DNA of 64,000 bases from a virus. The notes under the pieces are model-generated. The model saw only the letters and a program-made list of their open reading frames with translations. It had not been told where the DNA came from and did not search any database. The translations under genes and the position numbers were made by a program. The stretch lies in IMG/VR virus record IMGVR_UViG_3300042883_000668, positions 21,962-85,961 of that record; one strand, given 5' to 3'. Below, in pieces: positions 1 to 9,017 of this stretch. Position 1 is the stretch's first letter. Each line of letters starts with the position of its first letter.

Positions 1-216
1 TATAGGGTTAGTGTACCACATAGGTGTTGGATTAAAATCAAAAGGTTTAATTGTACCAAAATCTTGTGGTGGTATATAAGGATAATTTGGAGTAATTTTA
101 GTAAATACTAATTTAAGATGATCTTTAATTATTTGAGTTTGTTTTTCATCAATAGATTTAGGATCTGCTGTTTCTATAAATCCTTGTAACCAGTATGTAA
201 ATTGTTCTGCTGTCAT
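1..216 (-). CDS. hypothetical phage protein, runs off window edge (MTAEQFTYWLQGF...)
   Basis: ATG at 216 on minus strand, open to position 1; not in ORF track. Confidence 0.7.
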   Translation of the reverse strand, partial: MTAEQFTYWLQGFIETADPKSIDEKQTQIIKDHLKLVFTKITPNYPYIPPQDFGTIKPFDFNPTPMWYTNPI

Positions 217-231
217 ATTTTTATATTTTTA

Positions 232-750
232 TTATCCTTCAAAAAGCCCAAGTGTTGCCTGACCACGAACAGTGTCACCAGATGCTTGCTCCTTTTGGCA
301 GTTATTGAGAGCACTCTGTACAGCTTCCTGCATCTTAGGCATATCTATAATTGCTTTCTGTATTTTAGTAATACTATCTTCATTGTACTCTGCAGTCATA
401 AAGAATTCTTCCATCTTATTAATAGATTCTTGAACAGCTCTAAATAACTTCATTGCTGGAGTAGTATTAATCTTTTCATACATTTTAACACATTCTTCTA
501 ATTCTTTAGTTACCTTAAACTTATCATCTTTAATGATATGACTTAAGATTAACTTAGATCTATCTGTATTACTGTGTTGAAAAAAAGGTGATTTAAATGA
601 AGCATAGTACCAAGTATATTTAATCATATTAAATGCTTGAGTCTTATCTTTAGATTTATCTTTCTCCCAAATAGATTTAAATGGTTCTATAACCAAACAC
701 TCTGGAGCTACTATAATCTTACTATCTATTAAATCTATTATTTTAATCAT
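232..750 (-). CDS. conserved crAss-like hypothetical protein (late/packaging region)
   Basis: 172-aa ORF in a tightly packed minus-strand operon. Confidence 0.6.
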   Translation of the reverse strand: MIKIIDLIDSKIIVAPECLVIEPFKSIWEKDKSKDKTQAFNMIKYTWYYASFKSPFFQHSNTDRSKLILSHIIKDDKFKVTKELEECVKMYEKINTTPAMKLFRAVQESINKMEEFFMTAEYNEDSITKIQKAIIDMPKMQEAVQSALNNCQKEQASGDTVRGQATLGLFEG

Positions 751-1151
751 TTAATTTTAACTCTTTTAAATTTAGAATATGCTTGCTCAAAGAACTCAAA
801 GTTTTCTGATATAAAATAACCATACATATAAGCATATGGTTCATTAGGTTGTTTTCTTTGATAGTATATATCTCTAGATTCTAATACTTCCTGTATTAAA
901 TGCATTGTTTCATGAGCAATAGTGGCCCAGTATTCTTTCTTATCTGAAGTATAACCTACTACTAAATAATAGACTTGTCTATCCATTATAGGTGAATTAT
1001 CTGAATTACAGAATCCTCCCATATTAGATAAATCTTCATCTTCTGTAATACCATAAGTATCAGTAAGATGCTTTACTGCTTCATTCATACTATTAGTAAC
1101 TTGAATACTAACTAAACAATCATATATAGGAATTATTAATTCTTTATTCAT
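747..1151 (-). CDS. small zincin-like (HExxH) protein
   Basis: motif TIAHETMH followed by EPYAY. Confidence 0.5.
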   Translation of the reverse strand: MNKELIIPIYDCLVSIQVTNSMNEAVKHLTDTYGITEDEDLSNMGGFCNSDNSPIMDRQVYYLVVGYTSDKKEYWATIAHETMHLIQEVLESRDIYYQRKQPNEPYAYMYGYFISENFEFFEQAYSKFKRVKIK

Positions 1152-1417
1152 TTTCCTAATCCTTTAATTACAATTGGTGTAAAATACTTATCTCTCAATT
1201 CTTTGTAAGGCATGTTAATTTTATAATATTCTGAATCATATTTAACAGTAGTAAATTTTTTGATAGTAGTACCCCTACTATCAATATGTTCTTCTATCTG
1301 CATAGACTCAACTACAAATAACTTTTTTTGAAATACTCTAAGAGGTGCATATCTAGCAATAGATCTACCTGTTTCACGTACAGGATATTGATTTATAACC
1401 TCTAGTTCTATTACCAT
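1148..1417 (-). CDS. hypothetical protein
   Basis: 89-aa ORF overlapping its neighbours. Confidence 0.6.
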   Translation of the reverse strand: MVIELEVINQYPVRETGRSIARYAPLRVFQKKLFVVESMQIEEHIDSRGTTIKKFTTVKYDSEYYKINMPYKELRDKYFTPIVIKGLGK

Positions 1418-1614
1418 TTTCCCTCAGGACATTTAGAGTATTCAGATCTAGTCTTAGCAATTAATGGACAACCACAAGCATCACAAGTATTATTTATATT
1501 TTTATCACAAGAACTACAAATAGTAGCTCTGTCTAATGCCATTTTTTCTATCTCTGGTTTTTCCCAAATAACATTTTTCCAGCCATTTAAGATTTCTTGT
1601 AATTTACTCATCAT
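1411..1614 (-). CDS. small Cys-rich, putative metal-binding protein
   Basis: CxxC...CxxCGC...CP.GKW. Confidence 0.65.
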   Translation of the reverse strand: MMSKLQEILNGWKNVIWEKPEIEKMALDRATICSSCDKNINNTCDACGCPLIAKTRSEYSKCPEGKW

Positions 1615-1837
1615 TTTTTAATTTTAAGCGTTTAGTATAATCAGTGTTGTACATTGTAGGTCTAAACTTACCTAGGTAAATTAGTTGAATAACTTTACCC
1701 TCTCTGTTAGACATAGTATCTCTTATAACCCTAAATTGTGAGTCACAAATTCTTTCAAGTTCCATCTTAGACAAGTCAAACTCACTCTTAATTTCATCCA
1801 ATACTTCTTCATATATATTACTTTTAGTTGAGTTCAT
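1604..1837 (-). CDS. HU/IHF-like DNA-binding protein
   Basis: helical N-terminus then IQLIYLGKF, resembling the HU/IHF V.L.GFG.F strand. Confidence 0.55.
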   Translation of the reverse strand: MNSTKSNIYEEVLDEIKSEFDLSKMELERICDSQFRVIRDTMSNREGKVIQLIYLGKFRPTMYNTDYTKRLKLKNDE

Positions 1838-2157
1838 TATTCAAAACTTAAATTAACGGAATCATGTTTTAAAATATGCAATATCCAAGGATTAACTTTA
1901 AGTGTTAATCTATCTACTTGTTGTAATACTTTCTTAGTAACTAGTTTCTTAATATAATTATTAAAATTAAACTTATCCATATTTAAAGTCATACGAACAT
2001 CAGTTCTAGTGTCCTTATTAATAATAGATATTTGCTTATCAGCAATAACAACTAATATATCAATCTCTTTCTCAGTTAAATTACCCATAACAGGATTTAA
2101 CATTCTAATGATATATTCAGTTTTTTTAGATACTGGTAGTTTAAGTATATATTCCAT
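1837..2157 (-). CDS. winged-helix DNA-binding protein
   Basis: LTEKEIDIL ... FNNYIKKLVTKKVL ... VNP pattern. Confidence 0.55.
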   Translation of the reverse strand: MEYILKLPVSKKTEYIIRMLNPVMGNLTEKEIDILVVIADKQISIINKDTRTDVRMTLNMDKFNFNNYIKKLVTKKVLQQVDRLTLKVNPWILHILKHDSVNLSFE

Positions 2158-2161
2158 ACTA

Positions 2162-2193
2162 CAAATATAACTGATTTGATTATAATAACCAAA
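2162..2193 (-). promoter_or_regulatory. Bacteroidota-type sigma70 promoter, leaderless start of 2157 ORF
   Basis: TTTG-N20-TATATTTG then 4 nt then ATG. Confidence 0.8.
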
Positions 2194-2224
2194 TAAATTA
2201 TATAACTAACTTAGTTATCTACAA

Positions 2225-2573
2225 GACACAATATTCCCCTTCTAGATTTTACTCTTCTTGATGGATTAATTATAAACTTATATCTATCTGTCTTTAACCG
2301 TTCCTAGTAACTAGGCCACTGCTTACTTTAATCCTGTTAATTCAGGGGGATACTTCATACCTCTTGTAGCAGCTATAGAATTTCACTTATAACCTTTTTT
2401 GTACCTATCGGAGAAACCTCTGTTCACTATCATTATATGCATTTAAATATAAAACCCTGATATTCAGGTAAATTATATGTCATTACATATAGAAGTTACT
2501 TATACTATCCAACTTCTAACCAGGTGTTAACTTATTAGGTATTCCCTGGTGACTAACTGTTTAAGTTAGAGTA
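2225..2573 (-). ncRNA. candidate structured non-coding RNA (~350 nt)
   Basis: no ORF of 60 aa or more, own promoter at 2578-2609, at least six hairpins; boundaries approximate. Confidence 0.5.
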
Positions 2574-2577
2574 CACT

Positions 2578-2609
2578 TAAATATACACTATTTTTAGACA
2601 ATATGCAAA
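2578..2609 (-). promoter_or_regulatory. Bacteroidota-type promoter upstream of ncRNA candidate
   Basis: TTTG-N20-TATATTTA. Confidence 0.7.
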
Positions 2610-2619
2610 TTTATTTTAC

Positions 2620-2832
2620 TTATTCTTCAGTTATAGGGGTAAGCCCTGTAAGTAAGTAAAACTTATTAATCTTTTCAGCCATAATTAACTTATCATTAAT
2701 CTGATCCATATCTTCATAATCTAGTTTATCATTATAGTGTTTTTTAGTTACACCCATTTTAAGGTATACTGATCCATCAGGTAAAATACCTTTTACTTGG
2801 GAGTCATTAAAATTCTTTGACTTTGTTCTCAT
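2620..2832 (-). CDS. hypothetical protein
   Basis: 70-aa ORF. Confidence 0.55.
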   Translation of the reverse strand: MRTKSKNFNDSQVKGILPDGSVYLKMGVTKKHYNDKLDYEDMDQINDKLIMAEKINKFYLLTGLTPITEE

Positions 2833-2934
2833 TATTATTATTTGTTAATTCCCAGGAAGAGTTATCCCCTAAAATAACCTCAATAGGTTTATCTTCCCAA
2901 AACTGTTGTTGTTCATATTCTGATGTACTTGCCA

Positions 2935-3147
2935 TTACCAACTAAATTGTTCTTTAGGTCCATTAATAAAATACTCTTGTAATATCTTGTTTCTAGCAAT
3001 AATATAATCTGATCCTGAACCTTCAACTCTATTAGCAGGTTTAATTATATCAATATATTCAGCAGTTGTAAGTACATGACTTACATCATTTACAACAATA
3101 GTAATATGATCTACATCTGGTTCTCTATATTTAATCTCTGGTTTCAT
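2935..3147 (-). CDS. hypothetical protein, first gene of leftward operon
   Basis: 70-aa ORF directly after promoter. Confidence 0.65.
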   Translation of the reverse strand: MKPEIKYREPDVDHITIVVNDVSHVLTTAEYIDIIKPANRVEGSGSDYIIARNKILQEYFINGPKEQFSW

Positions 3148-3151
3148 GTTC

Positions 3152-3183
3152 TAAAGTTACTTATTAACTATCTAATTACCAAA
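3152..3183 (-). promoter_or_regulatory. Bacteroidota-type promoter, leaderless start
   Basis: TTTG-N20-TAACTTTA then 4 nt then ATG. Confidence 0.7.
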
Positions 3184-3214
3184 TAAGTATGGTAAATTAA
3201 ATGACATAGAATAT

Positions 3215-3345
3215 AGCTTTTTAATAAATTTTTTGTAAAATATTTTTTAAAAAATTTTGTGTAGTCGAGGATTTGAAAAAATAGTTTTTTAAAAATTTTT
3301 GTGTAGGTTAAGATGGGGGACACCCCATGAAAGACTACCCCTACT
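3215..3345. repeat. divergent intergenic region with A/T tracts, imperfect direct repeat TTTTTAAAAA-T4/5-GTGTAG and GC-rich hairpin (ATGGGG-GACA-CCCCAT)
   Basis: seen directly at the strand switch; candidate genome terminus or origin. Confidence 0.45.
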
Positions 3346-3360
3346 AAACTTTGAGAGAAA

Positions 3361-3672
3361 ATGTTTTCTGCTCATAAAATTATCACAATGAAAATCTTAT
3401 TTAAAGTTTCCGCAATTAATGTTCGTGTTAACACTAAAGATAACACTGAATTCACTTCTATCTCTTTATTCAAAGAAGTAAAGAAAGAGATTAATGGTTC
3501 TGTCTCTGTTGGTAGAAAATATGCAGAGCATGCATGTGTTAGTACTACACTAAAAGTTAATGATACATTTACTTTTGACTCAGATGTGTATGATATGGTT
3601 AAGCAAGCTTACACTGATGATGAAGGTGTTGAGAAGTTTGCTAACAAGATTTACTTAAGAGCTGACGCATAG
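3361..3672 (+). CDS. hypothetical early protein
   Basis: 103-aa ORF; true start may be the downstream Met (MKILF). Confidence 0.65.
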   Translation: MFSAHKIITMKILFKVSAINVRVNTKDNTEFTSISLFKEVKKEINGSVSVGRKYAEHACVSTTLKVNDTFTFDSDVYDMVKQAYTDDEGVEKFANKIYLRADA

Positions 3673-3699
3673 CTCGGGGACCTTTGGTCCTTATTTCAT

Positions 3700-3740
3700 A
3701 AAGTTAAACCCAGTTAAATGTAATTGGGTTTAATTTTATT
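3700..3740 (+). terminator. putative intrinsic terminator
   Basis: AAAGTTAAACCCAGTTA / TAATTGGGTTTAATTTT inverted repeat. Confidence 0.5.
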
Positions 3741-3929
3741 GAATATAAATAAATTATTTGTTGTAAATGCTTGTAAAGTGTTGGTATCAGTGGGTTACAC
3801 CTATCACAATATTCAATTCACCTCTTTCTCAATTAACCTCAATATAATAAACCCTATTATATACATAGCTTAAATAAACTCTTTATGTTCCTTTCATAGA
3901 GTATAAACAATGATAAATACAAGGAGTGC

Positions 3930-4187
3930 ATGGTAGCTCAAACTCAAAAAAATTATAAAATTATGAAAATAGCAGCAATTTATTCAAGTCCATATAATAA
4001 TCAACACAAAAGATTAGAATTACTAGAAGTTAATCACTTACCTAAAAATTCTGTTAATCTTGTAGCTGTTGAAAGATTAGATGGTACAAAAGAAACAGGA
4101 GGATTACCTTATTGTATGTATAATAATGAAATTTATCATTATAAAAATGGTCAATATTATCATGAAAAATACATGGAAAAATTCTAA
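3930..4187 (+). CDS. hypothetical protein
   Basis: ORF; likely start at MKIAA. Confidence 0.55.
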   Translation: MVAQTQKNYKIMKIAAIYSSPYNNQHKRLELLEVNHLPKNSVNLVAVERLDGTKETGGLPYCMYNNEIYHYKNGQYYHEKYMEKF

Positions 4188-4495
4188 ATTCTTTGAGTTC
4201 AGGGGAGATTACTTCAATCCTGAACTTATTTTAACTTAATAACTTTCTAAGTTGTTAAAAACACCAGTTTCCATCACTGAACTAACATAGTTATTGTTAG
4301 TTATATGGTTTTAAGTGTAAAACATATTCCTAATGCACTAAAGTTGTAATAGTAGAGAAACGTAAACCTTATACTATACTTAATAGTCGAAAGTAAGGAA
4401 TTACAACTAAGTGCTTAGGATAAATAAAATCTCTTAACGGTGGTCGCCTGGAGATTTAAATTAAATAATTATTAACAATCTAAAACTATCTAACA

Positions 4496-4684
4496 ATGAA
4501 AAACTTAACTAAAATCTTAATCTACATTGCAATGTTCTTTGGAACATTCTTTTTATTAGCATTTCTAATTGGAATAATTAGTCAACAAGACTTAATTCAT
4601 AGTCTACCAACATTCTTATTTTACTCAATATTATTAGGTTGGTGGATACCATTACCTGTAATATCAGATGAATTTAACAAATAA
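4496..4684 (+). CDS. small two-TM membrane protein
   Basis: two hydrophobic stretches. Confidence 0.65.
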   Translation: MKNLTKILIYIAMFFGTFFLLAFLIGIISQQDLIHSLPTFLFYSILLGWWIPLPVISDEFNK

Positions 4685-4704
4685 CAATCTAAAACAAAAA
4701 CCAA

Positions 4705-4848
4705 ATGAAAAAACTAGTGTATTTAACAGTGTGTTACTTAGTAACAATCGTATGTCTTATAGCAATAACTTCATTAACAAGTTGTGCAAGTAAAAAATCT
4801 ATAGTTAAGTATAACGTAGATAAATGTCCTACTTGGGCAAGAAAATAA
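4705..4848 (+). CDS. small putative lipoprotein (47 aa)
   Basis: MKK + hydrophobic stretch + LTSC lipobox; below ORF-track cutoff. Confidence 0.6.
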   Translation: MKKLVYLTVCYLVTIVCLIAITSLTSCASKKSIVKYNVDKCPTWARK

Positions 4849-4867
4849 TCATAAAAACTATCCAATC

Positions 4868-5062
4868 ATGAATTTACTTCAAAAAACTACAAAGAATGGT
4901 AGGCCTATTATAAATAAGTCTACTAAATTACCTGAGTATCAATTTTCAGTACACAATAGATTAAACACCATTAAGCGTGAATTAGGTTATGTAAATCATA
5001 AACCTAGTCATGACCAAATATGGGCATCAATTTGTGTAAGTGTATCACTTTTAACAACTTAA
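4868..5062 (+). CDS. hypothetical protein
   Basis: 64-aa ORF. Confidence 0.55.
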   Translation: MNLLQKTTKNGRPIINKSTKLPEYQFSVHNRLNTIKRELGYVNHKPSHDQIWASICVSVSLLTT

Positions 5063-5065
5063 TCA

Positions 5066-5305
5066 ATGGAAACAATCTATTTAATTGCATTCATATCAAC
5101 ATCATGGTATGGATGCAATATACTAGCTGATGTAACATATAACAGACATTTATCTGCACATGTTGGATTAGGATTAGTATCAATCATTAGTTTATGGTCA
5201 ATTATTCCAGCCTTAGCAATAGGAATATTAATTATGTTCATAATATATTCAGGTTTAATACTTGGATTATATATTGAATCTAAAAAATCTAAACGTCATG
5301 CTTAA
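5066..5305 (+). CDS. small membrane protein
   Basis: hydrophobic segments. Confidence 0.6.
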   Translation: METIYLIAFISTSWYGCNILADVTYNRHLSAHVGLGLVSIISLWSIIPALAIGILIMFIIYSGLILGLYIESKKSKRHA

Positions 5306-5580
5306 TGTAACACCACAAGAAATTGCATATGTAAAATTTGTGCAATATTGGTTAGCTTTAGAAGCTAAACTTAATGTAATAACAATGTCTTAACAATATT
5401 CAACAATTAATAAGCTCTCATATAATCTAATTAGCTATTTATAGCACTCTGGCATAGCCAATATATTAGTTATATCATCTTATTAATTGTTAAATAGCCC
5501 TTATATGAGCTAAAATCATATAACAAAATCAAATAAATAAATCAATTAAAAATCAATTAACAATTTAAAAAACAAAAATT

Positions 5581-6027
5581 ATGAAAAATTCAGTAGTAGT
5601 GATCGCAAACAAAACAACAGGTTTAGTATTTAATTCAACAGGAATCAGTGCAAAAGATGGTAAAGAGTATGGATGGTACACAGTACAATCTACATTTGTA
5701 GACAGAAGTGGTGCATTAGACAAAGTAACTGTATTATCAGCACTTCGTTCAACTAGTGCAGAAGCATTTAATGCAATGCCATTAGTAGCAGGTGAGATTT
5801 TAGATGGTAAAATTGTAATTAAAGAATCTACAACTAAGAATCCATTCCGTGCAAATCAAGAGCCTAAGCGTAAAGGCAAAGATGGTGGTATCTTATTATT
5901 TAATGGTCAACCAATCTATCGTGAAACAGAATTCACAAGTGATTTAAATGCACAAAATGTGTTAGTAGCTTACACAAGTGAAGCACCAGTTGCAGCTTCA
6001 ACAGCTTCAGCAAAACTTAATGCATAA
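5581..6027 (+). CDS. conserved early protein, possibly SSB/OB-fold-like
   Basis: beta-rich 148-aa ORF with long A-rich leader; function is inference. Confidence 0.5.
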   Translation: MKNSVVVIANKTTGLVFNSTGISAKDGKEYGWYTVQSTFVDRSGALDKVTVLSALRSTSAEAFNAMPLVAGEILDGKIVIKESTTKNPFRANQEPKRKGKDGGILLFNGQPIYRETEFTSDLNAQNVLVAYTSEAPVAASTASAKLNA

Positions 6028-6039
6028 TTAAGTTAAACA

Positions 6040-6113
6040 GTATGATATAGCTCGTTGTGTATGAGCACCTGATATTAATCAGGAGGTAGTGGGTTCAATT
6101 CCCACTATCATAC
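6040..6113 (+). tRNA. tRNA-like element with non-canonical 6-nt anticodon loop (pseudo-tRNA)
   Basis: acceptor GTATGATA/TATCATAC, D-stem GCTC/GAGC, CCTGA-TATTAA-TCAGG, T-arm GTGGG-TTCAATT-CCCAC; no encoded CCA. Confidence 0.7.
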
Positions 6114-6158
6114 CTTATTTGTATAAATAGTTTATACAATAATTTAAAAATAATAAAA

Positions 6159-6668
6159 ATGAATACAATTTGGAAACCTTTAAAAAACTTTGAAAATACA
6201 CATTTAATATCTAATAATGGTGATATTAAAAAATTAATAGATGATACAATTTTAAATAAATTAATACATACTAGAGGATATTTAAGTGTATCATTTAGAG
6301 TAAATAATATAAAATATCATTTATTAATACATAGATTATTAGCTATTAATTTTATTAATAATCCTAATAATTATTCTCAAGTTAATCATATTAATGGTAT
6401 TAAAACAGATAACAGATTAGAAAATTTAGAATGGTGTTCACCTAGTCAAAATATGAAACATGCTTTTAAAACAGGACTAAATAAACAATCAGATTTTCAA
6501 AAAGAAGTTTTAAGACAAAGAGTTTCTAAAAAAGTAATAAATATTGAAACAAATGAAATATTTAATTCAGTTAAATTAGCTGCTGAAAAATATAACATAC
6601 ATCCTTCAGTATTAGCGTCTAAATTAAGAGGTGAAAAAAAGAATAATACACCTTTAAAATACTTGTAG
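6159..6668 (+). CDS. HNH homing endonuclease (NUMOD4/HNH/NUMOD1-like)
   Basis: HRLLA...VNHINGIKTDNRLENLEW...N..HA. Confidence 0.9.
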   Translation: MNTIWKPLKNFENTHLISNNGDIKKLIDDTILNKLIHTRGYLSVSFRVNNIKYHLLIHRLLAINFINNPNNYSQVNHINGIKTDNRLENLEWCSPSQNMKHAFKTGLNKQSDFQKEVLRQRVSKKVINIETNEIFNSVKLAAEKYNIHPSVLASKLRGEKKNNTPLKYL

Positions 6669-6991
6669 AATTATTTCGTGATAGTTTTTATTCTACACAG
6701 TTTAAGTATTCTGTAAAAATACTCCTTTGAGGTTAGTTGGTTAAACCTTTATTTAAAATATTAGTTAAGTGTTAGATTAATGTTTGTAGGTAGTCATGTA
6801 CCTTTTGTGCATTAATCTTTCACTTAATTAAATTACTTATAAGTTGTCCTTTAACTAGGCACGATAATATCTGAGAAAGCCAACGCATTTAAAGTTGTGA
6901 TATTATTAAGCATGAAACTTACAATCAGGTGAAAAGCCTGTTCTTTTAAAATAATTAACAATTAATATAAACAATTAAAAACTAAAATTAT

Positions 6992-7477
6992 ATGAAAACT
7001 CAAATGACAGAATCAGTGAAAATCAAATTATTAGTAACAGGGTTATTAATAGTTTTAATGACAGCATGTGCAATAGCACAAACAGCAGGTTTTGATACTA
7101 ACAAATTAAAATCTAAAAGAGAATTAAAATCATTAGATAGAGAAAAAGTTAAATTAGATTTATCAGTTAAGATTAACAACAAATGTGTACAAGATACATC
7201 ATATGTATTAACAGTATATAATTTTGATACAGAAGAATTTGTAAAAACTTATGTAACTGATAATTTTGTATTATATTTGGACTACGACAATCAATTTGAA
7301 ATATCTGTATCTTACAAAGGAACAAATATTAAAGTTATTACAATTGACACTGAAGCACCATATGATAATTGGTATATTATGGCAGATGTTAATTTAAATA
7401 CAAATAATAACAAAAGAATAATTGCAGGTGGTATCAAGTTTGATAAAAACTTGCAAACATTTAGAAAATACAAATAA
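6992..7477 (+). CDS. putative exported beta-rich protein with signal peptide
   Basis: N-terminal hydrophobic helix ending AIA-Q. Confidence 0.6.
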   Translation: MKTQMTESVKIKLLVTGLLIVLMTACAIAQTAGFDTNKLKSKRELKSLDREKVKLDLSVKINNKCVQDTSYVLTVYNFDTEEFVKTYVTDNFVLYLDYDNQFEISVSYKGTNIKVITIDTEAPYDNWYIMADVNLNTNNNKRIIAGGIKFDKNLQTFRKYK

Positions 7478-7532
7478 CAATTAAACTCTTACTTGTGAAA
7501 TATCTTGTAAGAGTTTATTTAAAACTTTAATT

Positions 7533-7718
7533 ATGACAGCAAAATTAAAAGCAAAAGAATTAGTAAATAAGTTTTATAAAAAAGGAAAATATATGGAACA
7601 TTCTATATTATGTGCTTTAATATTAGTTGATAAAATATTACAAGTTATAAAACAAAATTCTTTAAATTTAAATAAAAAATATTGGAAAGAAGTTAGACAA
7701 GAAATAATTAAATTATAA
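7533..7718 (+). CDS. hypothetical phage protein
   Basis: MTAKLKAKELV...YWKEVRQEI. Confidence 0.65.
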   Translation: MTAKLKAKELVNKFYKKGKYMEHSILCALILVDKILQVIKQNSLNLNKKYWKEVRQEIIKL

Positions 7719-7738
7719 ATTAATTAACAAATAATAAC

Positions 7739-7987
7739 ATGAAAAGCAAAGAAGAAATAGAGCAGTTAGCTAAAATAATAGTACCTACACCAATGGAAGG
7801 AACTTCTTATATAAATGTAAGAAATGGTTTTATTCAAGGTTACAACCAATGCCAAGAAGATAACAAGGATAAGAAATACACAAAGGAAGATTTAGAAAAT
7901 GCTTTTAATAGTGGTAGAGGGTATGGTGTACCTGATAATATAAAAGATTTTAACTCATTTATCAACTCACTAAACAAACAAGACTAA
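7739..7987 (+). CDS. hypothetical phage protein (paralog-like to 8128..8376)
   Basis: GFIQGYNQCQEDNKDKKYTKED. Confidence 0.65.
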   Translation: MKSKEEIEQLAKIIVPTPMEGTSYINVRNGFIQGYNQCQEDNKDKKYTKEDLENAFNSGRGYGVPDNIKDFNSFINSLNKQD

Positions 7988-7988
7988 T

Positions 7989-8123
7989 ATGAGAAAGATA
8001 ATGTACTATGCCTGGATAGGCTTTTGGATAACACTTGGATTACCTATAGTTCTAGTTCTCTTATTAGGACTATGGGTACAAGATAAGTATCATAAATTAA
8101 CCTGTAAAATCTGTAAAAAATAA
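7989..8123 (+). CDS. small membrane peptide (44 aa)
   Basis: MRKIMYYAWIGFWITLGLPIVLVLLLGLW... Confidence 0.5.
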   Translation: MRKIMYYAWIGFWITLGLPIVLVLLLGLWVQDKYHKLTCKICKK

Positions 8124-8127
8124 GACT

Positions 8128-8376
8128 ATGAGTAAAGAAGAACTTAAACAAGAAACACTTAAAGAATTTATTAAAAAATCATATTTAAGCAGATTAGAAG
8201 ATTGTTTAAAAGTAGATTTTGAAGATGGTGTAAAATTAGGTGCTAAATGGCAACAAGATAATTCTGACAATAAATATTCAGAACAAGATGTACAAAATAT
8301 ATTAGATGGGTTTACTAACGAAGCTCCGGGAGAATATATTAAAACTAATTTTATTGGGTTATTAAATAAAGAATAA
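8128..8376 (+). CDS. hypothetical phage protein
   Basis: GVKLGAKWQQDNSDNKYSEQD. Confidence 0.65.
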   Translation: MSKEELKQETLKEFIKKSYLSRLEDCLKVDFEDGVKLGAKWQQDNSDNKYSEQDVQNILDGFTNEAPGEYIKTNFIGLLNKE

Positions 8377-8663
8377 TATAAACTAAAAACAAATAATATA
8401 TGCAAGAATCAAAATTTAAAAAGCTAGAAATTCTTTTTTGTTGGGGAGAATTTTATTCAAATGGTAAAAATTTAGAAGTACCAACTAATCCTGATAAAGT
8501 TAAATTTAATCAGATTCAAAGACAAATTAATGAGTTAAAACAACAAATAATAGATTAATTATGGGAATAATAGTAGAGAAAATAAATATTGATAGATCAG
8601 TGTTTAAAAAAACTAAAGAAGAGAAAGCTAAACTTAAAGAGTTAAAAAGACTTTACAAATTAA

Positions 8664-9017
8664 GTGTTAAAAACTTTACAAATTAGTAATAATATGGATG
8701 ATTCAGGAGAAATTTTTAAATTTAATAATTTAACAGATTATGAAAAATTGTTATTTGCTAATTCTCAAATTAAAGAATTAAAGCAAGAGTTAAAAGAATC
8801 TAATTATAAATTAGGAGAATTACAATCTGAATTTGATTATTATCTAAATTTAAATATAGATAAAGCTAGTATGCATAGTCATAAACAAGAATTAAAAAAT
8901 TGTGTTAATAAAATTAATCATTATAAAGCAAAAATTAAAAATTTTGATGATGATTCTTGGAAAACAAAATACAATAATTTATTTTTAGATTATATTAAAT
9001 TAAAAAACAATTTATAA
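8664..9017 (+). CDS. coiled-coil hypothetical protein
   Basis: ORF; likely start at MDDSG. Confidence 0.55.
   Translation: MLKTLQISNNMDDSGEIFKFNNLTDYEKLLFANSQIKELKQELKESNYKLGELQSEFDYYLNLNIDKASMHSHKQELKNCVNKINHYKAKIKNFDDDSWKTKYNNLFLDYIKLKNNL

Noticed and set aside
202-447. Plus-strand 81-aa ORF
   Set aside because: Antisense shadow of the 232..750 gene in a minus-strand operon
6040-6113. Possible ochre (TTA anticodon) suppressor tRNA
   Set aside because: No 7-nt loop register keeps the anticodon stem paired, and TAA is the main stop codon here
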